Shown here in pieces: positions 17,858-29,200 of a DNA stretch of 64,000 nt. The stretch comes from a virus. The notes beneath the pieces are model-generated. The model made no database searches, was not told the origin of the DNA, and was given only the letters and a program-made list of their open reading frames with translations. The stretch spans positions 51,164 to 115,163 of the IMG/VR virus record IMGVR_UViG_3300032307_000731. One strand, 5' to 3'. How positions within the stretch are numbered: the stretch's first letter is position 1; each line of letters starts with the position of its first letter. Position numbers and translations under genes: made by a program.

Positions 17858-20800
17858 ATGTCAAATAGTCCATTAGATTTAATTAACTCGGATGCGTTCA
17901 GAAAAAAACTTATAACAAGAAATTTAGTACCTTATGCTAAATCTCCAAATAGACCTTCTGTACAAGTTCCGTATGAGCATATTCAATCAGATTTATCGGT
18001 TATTGATAGCCCTGACCAACTTATTGATGTTCCTTCATTTGCAAACCAATTATATCCATTAAACAGATATGGTAATGAGGGTGGATACGAACAAGTTCCT
18101 GACCCAAATGGTTTAACGAATACCATTTCAAATCAAGGTGAATATGGACCGGGACAACAAGATGCTCATATAGTTGATGAAGGTTATGATGCAGTTAGAT
18201 TATGGAGACCATTAAATGCCTATGCTGACGGATTAAATGTTTTTGACTCTGCGGAATCATTTTCAAGTTTAGAGACAGTTAGACCTGACCAAGACAGACA
18301 AAGTAATGGACAACCATACCCTGGCCCAATTGTTGCGTCATCATATTCTCCTTTATCAATCTTATTATCAACTAATCCAACCGGTAGTAATGGTAATTTA
18401 AGTCAAGATTCATATATTGCTCGTTTAGGTGCTCAAACACTTAGAAATGAGTTTCAAGAAAGAATTGCAGCCCGAATAAGACTTGAAACTATAGGACAAG
18501 CCAACATTTTAAATGTAACAAGTGGTACTGATTTAGTTAATATTTTATCAGGACAAGTTCCGATATTAGAACCAAATTGGCAAATAACAGTACCTGCAAA
18601 TCCAATAACCGCAGCGGCTGATTTTGCATTAAGATTAGGGGGTAGTATTTTACCTGTTTCTTTAATACCGGGTTCTTATTTTGACCCAACCATTAATCCG
18701 GGACAACCAACAACTATTCAACAAGTAACTAATGCGATTGCCGGTACAGGTATTGGTAATTTCTTTAATCAACTATTAGGGGGGACACAAACAGGTTCAC
18801 AAATTTTTTATAATAATACAGGGGCCGGTCAAAAATCTCGTTTATTTAAAAACATTGATTACAACAGATACAAACCAAATTTTGTTAGAGGTGTATTTGA
18901 TAGATTGTTAGGTGCTATAACAGGGACCCTTTCTGATAATAGTAACTATTACGTTGGTTCTATAACATCAGAGCCATCTAGAGTGTTTTCTCCTGGTGGG
19001 GATTTACCGGTTGACCAATTTGGAAAAGAACAACAATCACCGGTATACGGACCTCAAGAGTTAGCTCAACTTTATGAAGGACCAAGTAAAGAAGTTAGGT
19101 TAGGGGCTAATGGCCCTACATATTCTAATGGTGGTGGTATTGAAGGAGGTTTTACTTGGGTTTCTCCAAAATATAAAGATAATGCCGGAAAAAAAGTTGG
19201 GTTAGGTGGGGTTGTAACAAATGAAGATGAAGATTTTAAACCATCATCATATAATACAACTGAATCAACAAACATAACTTTTAAAGGAGGTTCTATCTTA
19301 GATGATACTCAGAGAATCATTAATAGCCAACCTCAAGGAGGTCGAAGATTACAACACGTAGGAAATGCGATTGACCAAGTTAGTAAAGTTTTCCATGATG
19401 GATATAAAGAAATTACTAAAGGTTCAAGAGTATATCGATATGTTGGTGCTGTGGGACAAGAAGTTGGGACAGAATATTGTCGTATTTTCGCTAAAGATTT
19501 ACCATATCTACAATACAATGATTTACAAAAAGTAGATGGTATTACAACATCGGGTAGAAGATTTTCAGATTCGGTATTTGACAACACCTATAATTTAAAT
19601 ATCGCCCCAAACAAACAAGAAGGTGGACAAGATTCGACTAATTTGATTGGAACTGAAAATAATGCGTATGCTAAAAAGTATATGTTTTCATTAGAAAATT
19701 TAGCTTGGAGAACATCAAGTACTCCGGGTTATGCGGTTTCTGATTTACCTGTTTGTGAAAGAGGTCCTAATGGAGGACGAGTTATGTGGTTTCCACCATA
19801 TGGTTTAACATTTAGTGAACAAGTATCTGCAAATTGGAATACATCTGAATTTCTTGGGAGACCGGAACCAATTTACACTTATAAAAACACTTCTCGTACT
19901 GGTACTTTAACTTGGAAAATAGTTGTTGACCATCCGTCATCTTTAAATGTTGTTGTTAATAAAGTTTTGGCTAATGAAACAAATAAAGTAAGGATTGATA
20001 GTATTTTAGATTCATTCTTTGCAGGATGTAGAAAATATGATTTATATGAATTAGCCAAAAAATATTATACGGTTAATCCTAATGATTTATATTTGTTACA
20101 ACAGGCGATTACTTCAAAAGAAACGACAAAAGAACAAACTGAATATATTAAAAAAACAATTCAAACAGGTAACAATTCGACTACAGGTGCTGATACAAAT
20201 GTTTCTCAAGCAAGTAGTGTAGATTTATTTGGAAAGTATAAAGATTTGGGATTCTATTTTGAAAATGATTATCCTCAAAAGAATAATGTAAGTGCTTACC
20301 CATCTCAATATAATTTATACATAGGTAATAAAAGTGTTTATAATAGTAAACCAAATGCGGCACAAACTAGTGAAGTTTTTGAAACTGTTGTAACACCTAA
20401 TTATGAGGTAATGAAACAATTGGCGGTTGATATTGGTAAACAATTAAGTGCTAATACTCAGGGTATTGTGACAATAACAATTGATGCAAGTTGTTCCGCA
20501 CCTGCGACTCCGTCGTATAATGTTGAATTAGCAAAAAGAAGGATTGAATCAGCTATTAAATTTTTCCAAGAAAACGAAAATACTAAAAAGGAGTTTGGTA
20601 AAAGATTATTGGTAAATGAAGGTAGAAGTTTAGGAGAGCAAACCACCACATTACCTTTAGCGTCTAAATCAAGACAAGCCCCATATACATTACCTTTCGT
20701 TAGTAAACAAAGTGTAAATTGTACTGACCAAGACTCTAGTGTTGTCGGAGGTGATATTAAAGTAGGTGCTAAAGAAGTTTATACTTATGGTGCGATGGCA

Positions 20801-22888
20801 TGTAGAAGAGCGTATATTAGTTCAATTAAATCAACTTTAAATAACCCAACAACTACACCGCCAGCACAATTTACTACCGTTCTTGAGGGTAATAAAGTAC
20901 TGAAAACGGTTAAAGAAGAAGTTGTTAGTCAAGAGTACAAACCTAGAGATAATATTACTAAAAGAGTTTTAAGAGCGTTATTATCAGAATGTGATTATTT
21001 TGAAACAATAAAAGCAGAAACACCTATGGTTTATGATAACTTGAGAGATAAATTAAAATTCTTTCAACCTGCATTCCATTCAACAACTCCTGAAGGATTG
21101 AACTCTCGTCTAACATTTTTACAACAATGTTTGAGACCGGGGGATACTATTCCAACAATTAAAGATGTGAATGGTAGTCAACAATTGCAATATAATAATG
21201 CGACTAACACCTCTTTTGGTGCACCTCCAGTATTGGTACTACGTGTTGGAGATTTTTATAACACTAAAATAATACCAACGTCATTGTCATTACAATATGA
21301 ATCACTTGATATCAATCCTGAGGGTATTGGTATTCAACCTATGATTGCAAATGTGACAATGGGATTTAATTTTGTTGGTGGTAGTGGATTAAAAGAGTCA
21401 ATTGATAAGTTACAAAATGCATTAACGTTTAATTATTATGCTAATACTGAGATTTGGGACGATAGAGCCGATGTTACGTCAAATGAAGAATTCTTAAAAT
21501 CGTTAGATAAAGAATTTTTGGCGATGGCACCACCTCCATCACCACCTACATTGAATCAGGCAGAGGTTGAAAATGGTCAAAATAATAATAGTGCTATTGG
21601 AACAATTACAACAAATGAGATTACTGCAACTGAGGAAAAAGGTACTTTAAATTATTCTGATTTTATGGTTAAAGTTGTTAAAGAAACTCAAACTTATTTC
21701 CAAACAATTGTTAATAAGACAAAAGAAAGTGTTAATCAATATAACAACGCTGTTCGTCAACAATGGATGTTAGAAAGGTCATATACTCAAGGTAATATTA
21801 GAACATCTGAGAATCCAACTGTGTTATTTGGAAAACCAAGTAATGTTGAAAAAAGATTTGATGAAATTTTTGCGTCATTACAGAAGAACATTTCAGATGG
21901 AGATGAAGGTTTTATACAATGGATGTCTTCTCCTTCATTTGGGTTTTCAACTAAAGTAATTCGACAACTTAAGGATAATTACATTAATTTAGTTAAAAAC
22001 AAAAGAGGTTCATTCCAAAATGCAATTAGCAAGATAACTCAGGATGTTACTAATGTTGAACAAACTTATATCCAAACATTAGGTAGAGCTAATACTATTA
22101 TTTTCCAAGGAATGACTGATATGGGTACTGATGGATATCAGTCAAAATCGGGGCCTGTTAGGGTTTATAATACAAGTGGTACAACAAATGTTAATATTAC
22201 ATCAAATGGTGCCGCTAACACATTAATTGAATTAGTTAATGATATCAATACAATTAAATCGGGTATTACTGAATTTAATAAAATTATTTCGAGTACTTAT
22301 GATTTCACGTATGAGGGACAAAAATATACCGGTATTTTAGTTTATGGAACTGACACTAAAGGTAAAACGGGTACTGACGCACCTACGGTTGAAAAAGTGT
22401 TTAATCCTTTTAGTAAAAATAATGACTTCCAAAATGATATTTTTAAACGAGTTTATATGATTATTTCAGATGATATTCTTGATACTAAAAAATATGAAAC
22501 ATTTAAAACTGCGATGATTGGTAATATAATTGGTAACGCTAGTATTATTGGAACCGGATTTGATGATATTGAGAAAAAATTTGATGATTATTGGTTGGTT
22601 AAAACAAAACCATTATTCTTAAATGAAACAAATATTACAAAATCATTTATTGATAATATTGAGAAAACACCATTAAAAGATTTCTTAATATACACACCTT
22701 TTGATAAAAAATCTAGAGAGTTTTTTTATACAACATTAAGTAACGCTACTGATAATAAAAAGAAATCTCAAGAAACAATGATTTCATCATTGGGTGATAC
22801 GACAAATAGGAATACAGACATAAACAAATGGAATAGTGAAGATGGAGTTAATTCATTGGCATATATTTCAAAAGTAAAACTTAATTAA
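17858..22888 (+). CDS. Large baseplate protein (tube-initiator-like) with an inserted OmpA-like domain
   Basis: 'FSEQVSANWN..EFLGRPEPIYTYKNTSR' and 'PPVLVLRVGDFY...PMIANVTMGF' halves; central 'ASCSAPATPSYNVELAKRRIES...CRRAYI'. Confidence 0.6.
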   Translation: MSNSPLDLINSDAFRKKLITRNLVPYAKSPNRPSVQVPYEHIQSDLSVIDSPDQLIDVPSFANQLYPLNRYGNEGGYEQVPDPNGLTNTISNQGEYGPGQQDAHIVDEGYDAVRLWRPLNAYADGLNVFDSAESFSSLETVRPDQDRQSNGQPYPGPIVASSYSPLSILLSTNPTGSNGNLSQDSYIARLGAQTLRNEFQERIAARIRLETIGQANILNVTSGTDLVNILSGQVPILEPNWQITVPANPITAAADFALRLGGSILPVSLIPGSYFDPTINPGQPTTIQQVTNAIAGTGIGNFFNQLLGGTQTGSQIFYNNTGAGQKSRLFKNIDYNRYKPNFVRGVFDRLLGAITGTLSDNSNYYVGSITSEPSRVFSPGGDLPVDQFGKEQQSPVYGPQELAQLYEGPSKEVRLGANGPTYSNGGGIEGGFTWVSPKYKDNAGKKVGLGGVVTNEDEDFKPSSYNTTESTNITFKGGSILDDTQRIINSQPQGGRRLQHVGNAIDQVSKVFHDGYKEITKGSRVYRYVGAVGQEVGTEYCRIFAKDLPYLQYNDLQKVDGITTSGRRFSDSVFDNTYNLNIAPNKQEGGQDSTNLIGTENNAYAKKYMFSLENLAWRTSSTPGYAVSDLPVCERGPNGGRVMWFPPYGLTFSEQVSANWNTSEFLGRPEPIYTYKNTSRTGTLTWKIVVDHPSSLNVVVNKVLANETNKVRIDSILDSFFAGCRKYDLYELAKKYYTVNPNDLYLLQQAITSKETTKEQTEYIKKTIQTGNNSTTGADTNVSQASSVDLFGKYKDLGFYFENDYPQKNNVSAYPSQYNLYIGNKSVYNSKPNAAQTSEVFETVVTPNYEVMKQLAVDIGKQLSANTQGIVTITIDASCSAPATPSYNVELAKRRIESAIKFFQENENTKKEFGKRLLVNEGRSLGEQTTTLPLASKSRQAPYTLPFVSKQSVNCTDQDSSVVGGDIKVGAKEVYTYGAMACRRAYISSIKSTLNNPTTTPPAQFTTVLEGNKVLKTVKEEVVSQEYKPRDNITKRVLRALLSECDYFETIKAETPMVYDNLRDKLKFFQPAFHSTTPEGLNSRLTFLQQCLRPGDTIPTIKDVNGSQQLQYNNATNTSFGAPPVLVLRVGDFYNTKIIPTSLSLQYESLDINPEGIGIQPMIANVTMGFNFVGGSGLKESIDKLQNALTFNYYANTEIWDDRADVTSNEEFLKSLDKEFLAMAPPPSPPTLNQAEVENGQNNNSAIGTITTNEITATEEKGTLNYSDFMVKVVKETQTYFQTIVNKTKESVNQYNNAVRQQWMLERSYTQGNIRTSENPTVLFGKPSNVEKRFDEIFASLQKNISDGDEGFIQWMSSPSFGFSTKVIRQLKDNYINLVKNKRGSFQNAISKITQDVTNVEQTYIQTLGRANTIIFQGMTDMGTDGYQSKSGPVRVYNTSGTTNVNITSNGAANTLIELVNDINTIKSGITEFNKIISSTYDFTYEGQKYTGILVYGTDTKGKTGTDAPTVEKVFNPFSKNNDFQNDIFKRVYMIISDDILDTKKYETFKTAMIGNIIGNASIIGTGFDDIEKKFDDYWLVKTKPLFLNETNITKSFIDNIEKTPLKDFLIYTPFDKKSREFFYTTLSNATDNKKKSQETMISSLGDTTNRNTDINKWNSEDGVNSLAYISKVKLN

Positions 22889-23211
22889 TGGCTTTTCAAT
22901 ATTGGAATAGATACAGTGAATTTTTAATTAACGGTGAACAAACCGTAGTTCCATATGTGCAACTACCTCAAAAAACTACCGACAAAGCTTATATCTATAA
23001 AGTTGCTAAAAGTAGATTGGATAAAGTTTCACAGGAGTATTACAATTCACCATACTTTAGTTGGTTAATTTTACAAGCTAACCCTCAATTTGGTGGGTTG
23101 GAAAATAATATATATGACGGGGCTATCTTGATAATTCCATTTCCTTTACTACCATCTTTACAGGATTATAAGGCAGCGTTAGAAAATCATTTTTATTATT
23201 ATGGCAGGTAA
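22888..23211 (+). CDS. LysM-like baseplate wedge protein (T4 gp53 / P2 gpX-like)
   Basis: 'RLDKVSQEYYNSPYFSWLILQANP...GAILIIP'. Confidence 0.8.
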   Translation: MAFQYWNRYSEFLINGEQTVVPYVQLPQKTTDKAYIYKVAKSRLDKVSQEYYNSPYFSWLILQANPQFGGLENNIYDGAILIIPFPLLPSLQDYKAALENHFYYYGR

Positions 23212-26200
23212 CTTACAAGCAGACAACAGCGGAGATATTTTAGTTGAGTTTGATTACAACAATATCATTGTAGTTGACCCAAATAAAACAATTGACTCTC
23301 AAGGTAAAATTCAAGAAAGATTGGTTGACCATGAGAGTTTGGTTATGTATGCAAATTTGGAAGCAGAAGTTCTTCCAAGAACTAAACTAGCGGTAGGGGG
23401 TAGTCCTGAAGATAGAATTAGAACCATTTCTGTTGCCAAAATGAATTTTTTAAAACCAACCAAAGATTCGTTTTTAGGTGTGGGTTACTATGATGAGTTA
23501 ACCGGAGAAAATTCAACCAAATTTAAAGGTGCTAATCAAATGATGGAAAAGGCGGTTGACCCAAAAAATGGTGACACCCCTTATATTATTAGTTCTCCTG
23601 CAAATTTAAAAGATGTTTTCGATAATGGTTTATTAGGTATTACACAGATTAATGTTACTACTAATTCATCATTTGTTCCTTCAGTTACAATGGAATTAGA
23701 AGATGTTCAAGGAAAGGCGTTATTTCAATTGGGTAATAATTCACCATACGCGGCGTTTTTTAATTTACCATATCCACCATTTTATTTAACACTTAAAGGT
23801 TACTATGGTCAGGCGATTAGATATCAATTAAATTTAGAGACTTTTAACGCTCGATTTAATTCATTTAGTGGAAATTACCAAGTTAGTTTAAAGTTTAAAG
23901 GGTACAAGTTTAATGTTCTAAATGAAATATCAATGGGACATTTACTTGCAGTGCCACACATGTATGGTCAAAGATTTGACATATCTACAACTCCAGGGGG
24001 TACTCAAGAATCTAACAAACAAGCAGAATCTCAATCTAACGTTGAGGGTAGGGCATCTCAAAATAATGCCTTAAGCCAAGATGAGGTTGTTACTCAAATT
24101 GTTTCAGAAAAAGGTTATCAGAAAATTATTGAGGTTTATAGTGAATATAAATCTAAAGGATTAATTCCTGCTAATTTACCTGAATTAACTTTATTTCAGT
24201 TAATGACTAAATTACAAACATTTGAGAATAATATAATGGCATCTTTTCCTCGTGCAAAAGTTGCTCCTCTTACTAATATTAGAAGTTATAAAGAAGTTCT
24301 GAAACAATACTTTGATGCTGTTAGAGGTTCAAATCTATCATGGTTTAATAAATATTTAAATCCAAAACCTATTGTAACTAATGGGAATGAAAAAATATAT
24401 GTATTTAAAGAACTTAGCCGAGAAGATAAGGACTATGCGATAACATTGTTGGAATCTTATATAAAAAAATTCAATAATGCTTTGTCTGAAAACGCTACTT
24501 TAGGTAAGAATGGTGAATCTCCAATTGTTAATCCAATAGCGTTAAAAACGATTGAGATAGACCCACCAACAGATGAATCTATTAATTGGAAAGAAACTGT
24601 TAGGTTACAAACAGGTAAAGTATTACCAACCATTGAGGATGAACAAAAAGTTAAAGAATTGATTTATCTTACAAAAATACCTGCAGCAGCAAAAACAGAA
24701 ACCAATGGTAAAACATCGGTTGATATAGTTAATACAAAATTTTTCATATTTGAAGGTAATGGTCGATTTGACAATCAAATATCATTAATAGAGGCACAGG
24801 CAAATAAAAAATTGTCAGAATATGAGGCGTCAATCTCAGCTGAATTGTTAAGGAAAATTGAAGATACTGATACAGGTCTTGGATTTAAACCAACGGTTAG
24901 AAATATGATTGCGGTTGTAATGGCTTCAGCAGAAGCGTTTATTCGTTTAATGGATGACGTTCATACTAACGCATGGAATGTAAAATATGACCCAGTTAGA
25001 AAACAGGCGATATTAGATAATCCTTCATCGGCTCCAAGTTCGGAGACAATACAAAAAGTGGCCATTACAACAGAGGCTCAACAATCAAATCAAGGTTTAA
25101 GTAATTCTGAAATACCTGTTTATCCATGGCCGTTATTTTTTGTTGAAACACCTGAAGACACTAAAGGAAGATTTCAATTGAAATACATTGCGGACCCATC
25201 AGTTGTTGACTTAACCCAAGGTTATTTATATGACAAATGGCCTGAGGTTGAATTTGTGGAAGAATATATGATTGGTTTAACTCAAAAATTTAGTCAACCG
25301 TCAGCACCACCACCATTAGATAATCAAAGAGATACTAATAGGATTAATATTAATGCAATTGAATTTCCATCAGAAGGATTACCTTATGTTAACAAAGAAG
25401 AAGTTAAGTTCTTTTATGAAATATGGGAAAGACAATTTTTAACATCACATTATTCAAATTTAATTAGGGCTAATCAAAATCAAATTGATTCATTAATTAA
25501 ATTAAACTCTGAGGCAGAGGTTAATAATATTGTTAAAGGAATTGGTGTGAGTTCTCCATATTTAAGTTTAAAATTAAAAAATTACGATTTAAATGCTTCA
25601 AATTATCAGGAGTTTTTAAAAACTATTTCAAATTCAGGAACCGGTAGAGCTTATCAAGATTATATCAGAGATTTTTTTGTTACACCATACATTAGAAATT
25701 TAACAGAAAATTCTTATAGTATTTTAAGTGTTAACGATATCGGTAAGCTACCTCAATCAAGTACTAAATCAGATGCGTTACAATCTTTATTATTGAATGC
25801 GTCTAATGAGCCATTGGTTATTGATACGTTACCTTATACAGACCCGACATGGTGTTTAAATAATTTAAGTTCAAGTAACAAATCGGTTGGAAATGAAGTT
25901 TTTAATACAAAACAAACTTTAAAAGTTTTTGAACCAAGAAAAGTTATTGCAAATTTCACAGACGTATATGATTTTACTACTAATAGACCTGTAACGAATT
26001 TTTCTTTTTATCAAAATCAAAATCCTACTGTGTTTGCAATACTAGGGTTAAATGGTTTTTACGAGTCTCGAACACCAAAAACTTTTGTGGCGACCGAAGG
26101 GTATTGTGATTACACAACCCCAACAAATGCGTTACCATTTAGAACTACAACTTCAATATTGAACACACCTTATTTTGTTAATTCAATTCAAAATGGTGTG

Positions 26201-29200
26201 CAAAATATTAGAACAAGTGACCCATATCCGTTTGTTCAATCCGCTTATTTGTTTTTGAATTCATTACCATTGGCATCATTAAGAGAACGATATAAAACAT
26301 TGTCAAATGACATTACAACTGACTTAGATTATATATCGTCATGTTTTAATAAGTTTGGTGCAATTCACAAATTACCATATGCTTGGATTTTAAAATATGG
26401 TTCTGTTTGGCATCGTTATAAAAAATATAAGGAGTCAAATACAGATATTTTAGATAGTGCTTGGAAGAATTTTGATTATAGAACCAATTATAGTCCTATT
26501 TTAAGTTCAATTACTCAAACATATGACTTTAAAATAAATGACACACCAACAAGTATTACATTACAACAAGAGGATTCAAATAGTGTTAAAATGCAAATCG
26601 GGTTTTATCCTAAAGTTGTAAATGACTTTAATGTTTTTTATAAAGGTTTTGAGTTATACGATGAATATACTAATAGTGAAATTCAAAGTAGTGTTAATAA
26701 TGGGATGAAAATTTATAATTTTGAAAACTCAAATATTACTGCGAATCGAAGTAATAGAACGTTAAATTTATTTACATATTCTGTATTGTTAGAAAATAAA
26801 GATTTTGGTACTGAAGTAGATTGTGACCCTACTAATAATACTAAAGGTGTTGAATATTTTGTTGTACCTTCTTTTGGTACTTTTTATAACCAAACTCAAA
26901 TTGCTTGTGTTGAAAATTTAACAACAACTAATAATGCTGTAGTTGATTTTACCTTTAATCCAAACATATATAATGGTTCAGTTAGAACTTTATGGTCTGC
27001 ACCAAATTATGGTTATTTTGATAATAGTCAGATTAAATACCCTCAGCCCGACTCATATTTAAATTTTATTAATAATGGAGAGGAACAATCCCCTATGTCG
27101 TTATTAAATGAGGATAAGTATAGTAAAATTGAAGAAATGTTCTCAGTATTTGAGAAGAAAATTTTAGACTCATTCGAACAAGAGTTTTTAAATTTCTGTA
27201 AGCCAATTACTGACATTTCAACAATAAAAGAAACAACTTCTTTTTATACTTCAACAGTTGATGATAATAATAATTTTAAAAATTTCCAATCAGTATTTAG
27301 AGGATTGATGTCCGTTCCTGCAAAACCGGCGGGTGTAAATGAAGACGAATATTTTAATAATACAATTACTAATCAATACAATACATTCCAAGGTGGTATT
27401 AAAGATTTTATGAATTATGATGTTTTATTTAGATATGGTAATCCATCTGATTATAGAAGAAGACTTTTTAACTCTTATTTATCTCATAATAACACTCAAA
27501 AAGTTGTTGACCCTGTTAAATTTAGACCTTACGTTCAAAATACTCTTCCAACAAATGGAGGAACGTTAACGGTTTCTCAATCAAAAGGATTAAATCCTAA
27601 CGCGTGGCTAGCACTTGAAACTGAAGTTGGATTTTCAACAATAAGAAATGTTGAGTATAGTAGTACCGGTTCATATATAACGGATTTCTTTGTAAATAAT
27701 AATATTGAATTTACAACAGATAATGTTGTTTTATTGGCACCAATAATTAAGATGTACGCGACTCAAAAATTGAAAAACCCAACAATTACGGTTGGTCAAT
27801 TCCAAAATCAGATTAATCAGTACTTAAACAATGAAAGTGTATTACAAGACAATTTCTTAAATTTAGTTTTAGATGGTGTTCGTAGACAACTACCTAATCA
27901 ACAACAATTACCGGAAAGAGCTATTAGAAGTGCGATTGATGGAGAACAAAGTAAAGTTGAGAATTACGAAGTGTTCAAATCTCTTAATGATAAATGGATT
28001 GCAGGTGGTGACTATAAAACAAAAACATTATTTGAGGATATGTTATTTTTAGATAGGGCATCAAGAAATATTGGTGATACTATCATATTAAATATCTTTG
28101 ATATACAAGGAATGTTTGGGGTTGGTGGTAAAGATGGTGATTATTCTTTAAACCAAGCAATGAGTGTTTACACCTTTATTAGTGGACTATTGATTAACAA
28201 TAATTTCACAGTAATGAATTTGCCGGCATATATTAATTTTTATAATGTTCAAGATGTTGATGGAACGGTTATTCCAAATAAATCAGAAGGTTCGTTAGGG
28301 TTTGCTAATAGTATGTGGGGAACATTCTTGGATGTTGACTATAGAAAATCAAGTCCAAAAATGGTTTGTTTTTATGTGGGTAAACCATCTCAGTATTTGG
28401 ATTTACCAAAAGGTAATTTTAGATTTAGGGATGATGGTTTTGAAATGAGAAGAGCGTCTGAAAATCCATTAATTGAAAATCAACAGGGTAAAAAAGATTG
28501 GGCTTTATCTAACAAATGTGTTGGTTTTAATGTTGATATTGGAACTCGTAATCAAAGTATATTTTATTCATTTAGTGTTTCCCAAGATAATGGGACTGCC
28601 ACATCAGAATCGATAAATGCTCAAATTAATATGGTTGACCAAGCATCAGGAAAAAATGTTACAACCCAAAACGCAAGTTTATATAATCTATACAAACAGA
28701 GAAGTTATAAATGTTCTGTTGTTTGTTTAGGAAATGCGTTATTACAACCAACCATGTATTTTAATTTAAGACACGTCCCAATGTTTAATGGACCATATAT
28801 GATACAACAAGTTGAACATAGTATTCAACCGGGTCAATTCCAAACATCATTTCAAGGTATTAGACAAGGAGTGTATGATTTACCAGCAATAGATAATTTC
28901 ATTCAAAGTATTAATCAAAACTTATTAACTAAATTAGAATCGATTCTTAAGATTAAGAAAGACGTTATTAATGTGTTATCAGCATCAACAGATTCTAGTA
29001 AGAGTAATAATATTCAACAAAGTTCTAATACGACTAAAGCGGCTTCAAATACTTGTAGTAGTAAGGTTCTTCCGGTATATCTTAATGCCGGATATAATGT
29101 GGTTGATGCAACGAAAACTAGTCCTACTGAGGCAGAATTTGCAGCGGCACTTAAGAGATTGATACCAAATCTACCGGTACTTCAAACTATTATTTATTGT

